From the NCBI RefSeq assembly GCF_009914755.1, contig NC_060937.1: a stretch of 64,000 nt of DNA; one strand, given 5' to 3'. Shown here piece after piece: positions 54,996 through 64,000 of this stretch. Within the stretch, counting starts at the first letter, position 1. Each line of letters begins with the position of its first letter. Position numbers and translations under genes: made by a program. This stretch comes from the human T2T-CHM13v2.0 reference genome, Homo sapiens. The notes under the pieces were generated by a model. The model was not told the DNA's origin, did no database searches, and worked only from the letters and a program-made list of their open reading frames with translations.

Positions 54996-56829
54996 CCATA
55001 CCTTTGACAACATCTAAACAGAATAGATTAATGATATCTTTGTTAATGTCATCAAATCTGATTCACATACTCATATGTATCAAATTGCTTTTCTCAGGAA
55101 GATCCTATTTATTCTGTTGATGACTAAAATATCTGATAATTTTTTTCTAGACATATACTTCATTTTAGTAAGTTATTCACATAATTGATTAGGATTGATT
55201 AGATGATGATTCATGAAGTCTCAATGGATTCAAACCATTATTGACTGTAAAAAAACGTGATTATTTCATATACTCCTAGAAAGAGTTATAAACATGGGCC
55301 ATTTTCAGGGAAAAAGCCGGCGATGTTAAAATGCATTTCACATTCAGAAATGTTAAAAATGATGGAGACATTCAACGATGGACTTATTCCTGGAAAATCC
55401 ACCTTTTTCTTCTAACTAATCATATACATACTTTATTAGGGGTTTAGAGAAATATAAACTGATGCTGTTTATCAGGAACAGGAGTGTTCAATTTTGACCT
55501 TTTTTGCATAATTATGACATAAAATTCCAAGGAGAACAAGAATATATTAATATTTTTTCTTGCCAACGATTTTCTTTCATAAGGTTAGTATGTCATATAT
55601 AAGCAAAGTTAATAATCCAAGGCAAATTAAACATTGGCTTGGTATCAAGACTTGAGCCTTTTGTCTTGACCTAACTTTATAATTTAGTAACTTAGGTGGA
55701 AAGGAGTAGAGGGATTCTTTTGTCCAAGCATGGATTCGTCTACAAATATAGGCCTTCCCATAAGTAACATTGAGTTCTGTTGATTTACATGTATTCAGAT
55801 TTTTGTTGTTGTTGTTCTTGCTAATAAAATTGAGGAACAGTCTTCAGTTAGTCCTTAGATTTTGATCAAGATCTGAATTTTAGAGTACAAAAACCAAAAC
55901 ACATGACAACTGTTTGATCTAATATATCAGGAATTTTGTGAGAAATATCTGTATTTTTTTTATTTACATGATGTGAGATATTTCAGCTTCCACTTCACAA
56001 CCATACATTGCATAACCATCACCTATTTAAAGTGGAACTTTAGTTCCTGAGCTGAATATGTATCTCCATATATATACTTACTTGATTAAAGTCTACACTC
56101 ACAGTAGAGTGTTATGTGCGGTAACTTCTCAAGTTAAGTAGGAGCTAAGTCGGGAGATAGCTTTGACTCTTCCTAATTGTCCTTTGAAAATCTCACTAGT
56201 GATCAGTTTTATTTCACAAGACACAGGATTTCTTCATCATCCACTGCGACTACCAAGAGAGCCTCATCAGATGTAACTGACATATGCCTATATTTTAACT
56301 AACTGTGTTTGTGGAATTAAAAATAAATTTCCCAGGGCCCATGCTTCTGACATTTTTCATACAATTTCTCAGTGTTCCCAGTGTATCTGTTTCTCTTTAT
56401 GCCTTGAGTAGATCTTGTAATAAAAGTTTGAACATCATAAATATAATGTTTTACTGAAAAGAGTAAGTATTTTGAAAGAAACTTAGAATGCTTTTTTTTA
56501 TTTAGGATAATTGTCTACATATTTAGAACTTTAAAAAAAGTAAATTTTTAAAATATCCATGTACAATATTTTTAAGATAATAGCTCCTACTGCTTAATGT
56601 TGGTAAACATACAAGCCTGTCATTGACATACTGTTTTGCATGAACTATTTTCTTTCTTTTCTCCCAACATTTTATAATTTTTTTTTTTTCCTGAGATACA
56701 GGATCGATGAAGAAATGGTACAATACGCGTTGAGAAAGTCTCTACCCAGATTCAATTTCAATATTTTCTAACATTTTACCTTGTCCCCTGCCACGTCCCC
56801 CATTCCTGTCTGTTTCTCTGCTTTTTAGA

Positions 56830-57152
56830 GCACCCCTGGAGCTTGTCTGAGCTGGGACAATTGGCACTTGCTAGGATAGAAGGGATGGGATGTGAACAGG
56901 CAGCTGAATACCCAAGCTTCCCTATGCCTTCAGGGGAAATTCAACTTGGTTTCTCAAAGCTTTCCCAGTAGGACTGTGCCTTAGTTGCCTGCAGCAGTAA
57001 GCTGACAGGTAACATAAATTTTATTGGCTTTTCTCTGTTTCCTCTCTTCTTCCTTTCTCCTACTTGTGCTTTCTGAGATCTTCTTCCACTGAAACTGCAT
57101 GCACCCAAGTCCTGTTTCAGGATCTGCTTTGAGAGAGACTTCAAATTAAGAT
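56830..57152 (+). mobile_element. LTR16-like ERVL LTR
   Basis: 3' end AAACTGCATGCACCCAAGTCCTGTTTCAGGATCTGCTTTG...CAAATTAAGA. Confidence 0.7.
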
Positions 57153-57714
57153 GGATTTTTTTTCGTGTGCCCTTTAACTTATCCCTTATTCCTTTTATTT
57201 GATAAAAACAAGAAGTCCTGAGGCTAGCTTAAATTGGGCAAAATAAAAATGTGAATTTCATACTACATCACATCTGGAGACTAATATCAGTTTTCTCAAT
57301 ACTTGTTATGAAACTTTGACCCTTAGTTACTAGATAAAATTCTGCAGAAAACTAAATAACTCCGTCTGCGTATAAACAAGGTGGACGTAAAACAGGCATT
57401 TGGTGGCTCTCCATCATGAAGTGATAATTATTTGTTTACATGCAAGTTTTCTAAGAGAGGTTTACTGAGGATCTGGTCAACAAATTTGTTAAAATTTACG
57501 CAATCAAAGGAAACATTAAATTTGCCTTTGGCTAGTGGAAAAAAAGTTATTATTATTTTTTCATTACTTTTAGAAACTGTGAAAGGTAGAGAAAACCAGA
57601 AAGTAAAAATCTGAAAGTAATTAATACCCATACAGTCTGTTTTCAGGGTAATATCATTTTAGTAAAGATTTAGGAAGAGAAGTGAAAATAGGACTTGGAA
57701 ATAATACTTTGTGT

Positions 57715-58110
57715 GTGTGTATGCAAAAGATAATCCTATTTGTTTACTTTTTTTTTTTCTTGGCTCACAGAAAGATTATATTCTGCGGCCTCCCTGTGGA
57801 ATAATGAGGTTAAATGACTGTGTTCTAAGCCTAAAAAAGGACAGGAAATTAGGTCTGTCCCTTTCAGAGCTGGTCCTCTCCCTCCACATTGCCTGCTTGA
57901 TGCTTGTAGAGGCTGCAAAGGAGGATTCTAAGGTGCAGAAGGCTGTGGAGTTACTAGATTAGAGGGATTTGAATCTGTCCCAAAGCTCCACCCCACTCAG
58001 CCATCGGCCCTTATTGGAATTAGAAGTAAATGATGAGTAAAATTGTGTTTGTTTAGCCACTGAGATTTTAAGGGTATTATTATAGCAATTAGCACTCCCT
58101 GACCAATTCC
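57715..58110 (+). mobile_element. MLT1H/I-like MaLR LTR
   Basis: GCCTCCCTGTGG...ATGACTGTGTTCTAAGCC...TTAGCCACTGAGATTTTAGGG...ATAGCAATTAGC..CCCTGACCAAT. Confidence 0.65.
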
Positions 58111-61100
58111 ATTAGGAAGGTGAAGAAGAAAAGTGTGTGATAAGATGTGGTTTGGTAGATCACTTCCTAGCTAGAAAAGGGATTTAAAAAAATGAAAACC
58201 CAACAGTGCTAAGGAAAACACTCTTGGCTATATGAATTCCAGCATAGAAGGTGACAAATAGAGTCACTTATGAAAAAGTGAAGTTGCATTCCAAAGTGAA
58301 GGATGAACAACGAGATTGACATTTATACCCACATACTATTTCACACTTGGAAACTTCTGAGAATGGCTTTTCAGTAGTCAATGCCTCTATGCCATTCCAA
58401 AGCATAGCACTTACCATTTATCCATTGGTTAGTATCATTGATCAGTGTTATTGAACTGTCAATGTATCTCTGTCATTATAATAAATCATTTTCCTGGAAA
58501 TTTTTGCAATCAGACTTATGAGAAATAAATCAATTCAACCCTGCAGTAGCCAATTAGAAAGTATGTCAGATGCACAAATCACCTATACAGATACAGATTT
58601 TGATTCTATATCAATGTATCTATATTTCTATCTATACATTTCAACATCTCGATAGGTGGAATGTTGGTAGACTGCTTTCAAAATAAATATCTTGTCACTT
58701 GTGACCAATTTTTATGTTATAGGGTACAAAAAGGATCATTAATCTGAATCTGATTAACTGGGCCATGAAATAAGGCTGACGTGAGAGTTAGAAGAGTGTA
58801 TTGAGAACTCCCCCAGAGACTCACAGTTTAAAGTCTGAAGACAAAATTAAAGTGTTTCTAGGGCTTAAAAATCCTGTAATTAATAGTGTATAACTAACCA
58901 CAGTGGCTTGCAGTTTTACATTTCTAACACTTTTTTTTAAATTTTCAGTACTATTGATATAAGATGACACTGCCCGTTAATTAATCCTCAAGTTATTTTT
59001 AAAATCCGCAAGTATCTAAATGGCATTCACCACAAATTTATTCAATTAATAATTGATTATCATTACTTAATAAGATTCTCTATAATTTATTATATGTGTC
59101 CCAGGTAGTTACAGTTTTATTGTAGATAACTTTGGAGAGTTTTAATTACATGGCAGGTAACATATATTTTGTAGGAAGATAAATTAAAGTGATATAGATT
59201 ACTGCTTGGTGTACAATGTTACACATGATCTAAAATGGTTTGCTAGTTCTTCCCCAGAGATGACTGGTTCTGTTTTATATGTTCCCCTGAATAGCAGCAC
59301 AAACAACAGGGAAATTTGTTTGGATGAGATCAAATTGCAAATAGGTACAGAGTGTCGCATGGAGAAATGTTTCTGTCCTTGTTGTGGTTCTTAGTCACTG
59401 AATCTCTGACGAGCAGCTGAATGTTGAAGCAAATGACAAAACATTAATGAAAAGGCACCCTGGCACATTTACAGTGGGGGAAACGATCATTTTACTTCTT
59501 ATGAAACAGAATGATCTAGGCACCCTCCACAAACATAAGCAAGAATAGGGCCTACTTACTGATGTCTTTCCCAACTCATTGAGGAATCATGCAGTTCAGT
59601 GGTAGGGGATACTTCCTGAAGTGGATCTCCATTTGACCCAAATATGAGAGGAGGGCCTCCTCAGGTCCCCCTGTCTGGGCTGTGATTTGCAGCTTCCTGT
59701 TCCTTCAGTTCCTCAGTGGAGGTGATGGGGGCCAGGCAGAGTATGTAACCCGCTGGAGACCAGTCAAGTAAGCCACAGGAGCTGGGGGGAGAAAGGGGAG
59801 AAGCACAGCCAGTGGGCTTGGCTGAGGTGTGTGATTTCCTTTCTGCTGTAATCAGAGGGTGGAATCTGTCACACCAAAATGGTTTAGGCTGTGAGAAACT
59901 AATGACACAAGGTGGCAAAAAATTCCTCAGCTAGGATAATTATGTTTTCTCAAAAAAAATCAATAGAAAATAGATACAAACAACTGGTTTCATTATTAAA
60001 AGTCTATCTTTGGGCCAGATACAATCATTTTCTTTAACTAGCAGAGAAGATTGTCATTTCCTGTAAAGCAGCCTTGCAGATGGGTTCAAAAAAAAATCTA
60101 TCAGACTGAAAAACTTCACGTGTCCTTCCCACATCTATCAATGTCACACTAGCAGCATTTCTTAGGCTTTTCCCACACTCATCAATGCCATAATGACATT
60201 GCAGTGAACTAGAGTAGCCTTAAGATATTGAGTGCCAATTCAGCCATTTATATTTCAGTTCATCTTTAATGATTCCTACTAGTTTCTTTTGTGTTGTCTT
60301 TTATTCTAGATATAGCAGTGTCTTCTGATTTTTTTAAACTGTATATGCTGGACCCAATTATTGCCCTGTAACAAAATTTGTTTCTCAGAGACCACTTTTG
60401 CAGAAAGAAATTAATAAGATAGGCTTTCTGTTTATTATTTCTGATTCAATTGAAAATTCAAGCTAAATGGGGTTGTGGGAAAGTGTGTTTACCTAGGGTT
60501 TCCTTTCACCTCTGCCGCCGTTCTGTGTGATCTTAGACATGGAATTTAATCCAAAGAACTTTGGATTTAAAGATAAAGATATTTAAAATAGAGACTCTTG
60601 TAGTTACATTCATTTGTAAAGTTCCAGGATAATTTGGCCTAACCCATTTAATTAAATGCTCGGATACACATAAAGAAAAATAATCTCTCGACATTAATCT
60701 TCAGTTCTTCTCACTAGATAATTGGGCGTATATTATAGATTCTCAATTACAAGAGAGTTAACAATGGGTTCTGTTTGAATAAGTTAAAGTTACCTTTTTG
60801 AATTAGAATTTAAATTTTATACTATGTTAGTTTTAGGATTCAGGTAATTTGAGGAAGTTTTAACAGTCTTTGTCATATAGTGCTGGCACGTTTTTGAAAT
60901 GGAATCACAAATGGTAAAGTTCCTTTACATTGGCTGTTTGCCAAAGTTATGTGAGTTTCTATATCCATATAAGCCTTTAAGTATCTGTTTGCTTTGAAAG
61001 TAATTAAATTAATTAATGTAAAGTTTAAGAAGATAGATCTTAAGTCAAATCAAAGATCAAAGAGCCCTAAAGTGCTGCTAAGCATTAAAAATTATATATG

Positions 61101-61916
61101 TGCTCCAAAGGAACAATTTCAATAAGTTTTATGTGGAATGGTAGAGACATTTTCCCAATGGTGATAAATGGGTTTTCTAGGATTTTCTAAATCTTAATAA
61201 TGTACTGTTTCTGATTTTTATTTTCCTGTTTGTAAGCTGATACAACATTGTATTAAAGTCAGGACCTTTGGTTTTTTTGGGGACTACAAATCCTATGGTC
61301 ATAGATCAATGTTTTCCATCTTTACTTGCAGCCTTTAACAATCCCAGAAAATGTATTCGTTTTTAAATTTTAAAAAAGGAAAAAAATGTTTTTGTAAAAA
61401 GGTGTGCAGCACAAAAATGGAGGAGACCGCAGCATGAGCCAGTCCTTCAGACTCTCCATGGGTTGGGCCCACGGTAGCATTACACTTTTCCCCTCACTTG
61501 AACTCAGTCCTGTCTGTATAACTTGGATTGTTTTGCCCATTCAACAATTGTATAATGAGTACAATGATGGCAAGTAATGCTTTTTATTCTAGATGCCTCT
61601 GGATTAAGAGTCATGTCTAATGAGACATATCCGAATCTGATGAAGAGCACAAGAACCTGGCTTCTAAGCCTGCCTTTGCAAGTGGAGGAGATTTGAGGGG
61701 TTACTGTGATAGGGATAAAAACATGGGAATGAAGTGAATAATTATGGCCAGAGGTTGAACTGTAGTATTATCAAAATCTTGCTAAGTTGAAGTATCAGAA
61801 CTCTGCATAACAGATTAGCCATAAAGTTATTAAATGGAGCAGAGCAACTTTAAAAGTAGATTAGGCCAAGTAGATTAGCTATTCTTACACTGACCCTAGA
61901 TTTGAGAATTAATATA

Positions 61917-61974
61917 CTGTGTCCAGTACCTGAGAGTGTCCAGTACCTGAGAGTCTGTGTCCAGTACCTGAGAG
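61917..61974. repeat. Three near-tandem copies of GTGTCCAGTACCTGAGA
   Basis: Copies at 61919, 61936 and 61957 (periods 17 and 21). Confidence 0.95.
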
Positions 61975-63409
61975 GCTGGTTAATTGAAACCTGAAGTATG
62001 TGGTTCTCTAAAGAGACAGGTTTGAAATACCAGAAGTTTCCTGGCTCAGAATTTTGGAATGGGTAGATTATGTGGAACCAGCCCAGCTACTTTATTACCA
62101 CATTATCCTACTCTGTGTAGATGGGAGATCATGGACGAGAAGCACTGTGGAATTTGGCTGTTTGATTTCAATGGAAGAAGAGTAATAAAGATCAAATGGT
62201 GATTCCTAACAGTGAAAGACAGAGCACTATTACTGTGAAAAGTAATGGAGACATAGAAATAATAAAAGCATTGTGAAATTCAGTGATCACTTGTGACTAA
62301 ATAACCCCTATGAATGAACCCAGAGGAATGAAACATATTGCAGTTTACTAAGATAACTCCTGCCTATACAAGCAAAAAGGTCCATGTTTGACGGGGAGAA
62401 ATCCAAGCGGAAGAATTACAGTGGGGAATCTCAGCCTCTTACCTAGGTGTCAGACAATGCCTGTTTACAGACACAGAGCTCCTTGATTGAAGGAGAGTTT
62501 GTCTTTTTGGAAAAAAAAAAAAAGGAAACAAAGCCACATATGTACGCACTGAATCTTCAGTAAAACATTATTAGTGGATGTGGTGGCCATTGATGAAGGT
62601 GTCAGTATTTTGGTAGGAGAAATAAACAATCTAGAGATCAGTAGATGTTAAATCTGAACTAACATTAATACCTAAAGATAAAAATCTTCATCAATAAAGA
62701 CACAAAGTGGCCACTCTGTAATTTATAGAGATTGAGTGAGTCTTGACCTGAGTCCATTCTACGGTTATTTTCTTAATCTCAGAATATGTAAAGGAGATAT
62801 AAATACACTTACTTATGTACAGCTACTCACAGGCTTCCTTGATCATGGAGTGAGGGCTATTAAGGTAGAAATAATTGTTTCCTAACCCTTCATTAAAACA
62901 TTATATTAAAAACAATATTGCACTGGGGAGGGATTGTAGATGTTAGTGCCACTAACGAAGACTTGCAAGCTAGGAGTGTAGAGATTCCTATTGCATCCTC
63001 ATTTTTTAACTCTGTATTTGGCCACTGTAGAAGATAGAGAGGTCTTGTAAAGTGAAATTGGATATTTGTCCACTTAATCAGATGCTGATAAATTACAGTT
63101 GTTATTTTGATCTTATATCTTTGCTCTGCTTGCCGAGACTCTGTATGCATCTATTCACCTAACGAATCTGTTTTCTACCAAAATTCAGGGAGATAATCAG
63201 AAGCAATTTGTCTTTATTTCACAGGGCAGCCGTACACCTTCAGTATTTTATTGCAGGTCTACTTAAACTTTTTTGCTCTCAATCGTGATGCAGCCTGCAG
63301 GAACTTTAAAAATGTTCATACTCTACCAAACATTACAGCATTTCAGGGATGATATTATGCTTATGCTTATTGGACCTGGTGAGAAGGGAGTAGCAAACAA
63401 CTCAAGTGC

Positions 63410-63745
63410 TTCAGCTGATGGCAAGTATGCTGGAAGGTAGCTTTTCACTGCAGGCATTTCATTTGATGGCAAGTATGCTGGAAGGTAGCTTTTCACTGCA
63501 GGCATTTCATTTGATGGCAAGTATGCTGGAAGGTAGCTTTTCACTGCAGGCATTTCATTTGATGGCAAGTATGCTGGAAGGTAGCTTTTCACTGCAGGCA
63601 TTTCATTTGATGGCAAGTATGCTGGAAGGTAGCTTTTCCCTGGAGGCATTTCAGTTGATGGCAAGTATGCTGGAAGGTAGCTTTTCCCTGGAGGCATTTC
63701 AGTTGATGGCAAGTATGCTGGAAGGTAGCTTTTCACTGCAGGCAT
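63410..63745. repeat. Minisatellite, 7 x 48 bp
   Basis: Unit TTCA(G/T)(C/T)TGATGGCAAGTATGCTGGAAGGTAGCTTTTC(A/C)CTG(C/G)AGGCAT starting at 63410, 63458, 63506, 63554, 63602, 63650 and 63698. Confidence 0.98.
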
Positions 63746-64000
63746 CACTATGAACTTGTGATATATATGGCCACTGTAAGGGCCTAGTGCAAGATTCCAG
63801 GAGTACAGAGCATACCTAGTACCCAGATCTTGATTTCCCAATGTTCATTTCTACTAAATGAACCAGAGCCTGCTACTCGGAGAAATACATGATTCCAGGT
63901 CTAATATTTCCATTTTCAAGTGAAAATGCAAGCTTCATTTATTTGTTTATGGAAATGAATAACATGGTAATGTGTTAAACATATTTAATATGAAAAATAA

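Larger units (their letters stand above)
61800..63900 (+). mobile_element. Degenerate ERVL internal region (gag, pro, RT)
   Basis: GWLIET gag-like patch at ~61974. RT patch DDIMLMLIGPGEKGVA at ~63348-63395, compare ERVL YIDDIMLIGPSEQEVA. KQF..QG..YTF-like patch at ~63200-63240. Confidence 0.78.

Noticed and set aside
60548-60567. Palindrome AATCCAAAG-AA-CTTTGGATT
   Set aside because: 9-bp AT-rich arms with no supporting context; expected occasionally by chance.
61917-61974. Short spaced repeats resembling a mini CRISPR or iteron set
   Set aside because: Spacers are 0 and 4 bp; this is simple local duplication.
63410-63745. CRISPR-like array
   Set aside because: Units are head-to-tail with no unique spacers, there are no cas genes, and the context is primate DNA.

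Overview
AT-rich, CpG-depleted primate genomic DNA. AluY and L1PA4-type elements point to a catarrhine, most likely human or great ape; the locus itself cannot be named from the sequence alone. I found no intact protein-coding gene, RNA gene or CRISPR array. Every ORF with recognisable homology is a decayed transposon remnant (L1 ORF1/ORF2, Hsmar1 or Tigger1 transposase, ERVL gag/pol) or an Alu/simple-repeat artefact. The window reads as intergenic or deep-intronic sequence dominated by repeats: ten Alu elements plus one monomer, L1PA and L1M fragments, L2/MIR, MaLR LTRs (THE1/MST/MLT1), three degenerate ERVL internal segments, an LTR1-family LTR nested in a THE1, and seven DNA transposons (MER6, MER85, MER82, MER1B, near full-length Tigger1, MER5A, Hsmar1). 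I do not see a new biological system. The most notable items are small-scale: a 7x48-bp minisatellite open on both strands inside ERVL pol, an intact MER85, a THE1/LTR1 composite with a perfect DUX4 motif, a ~170-bp twin-primed L1, a ~25-bp L1 insertion, a Tigger1-like 19-mer inside an Alu, a 51-bp tandem duplication and two microsatellite-based inverted repeats. Subfamily names come from recalled consensus sequences and need RepeatMasker/Dfam confirmation. Boundaries of old elements are approximate.
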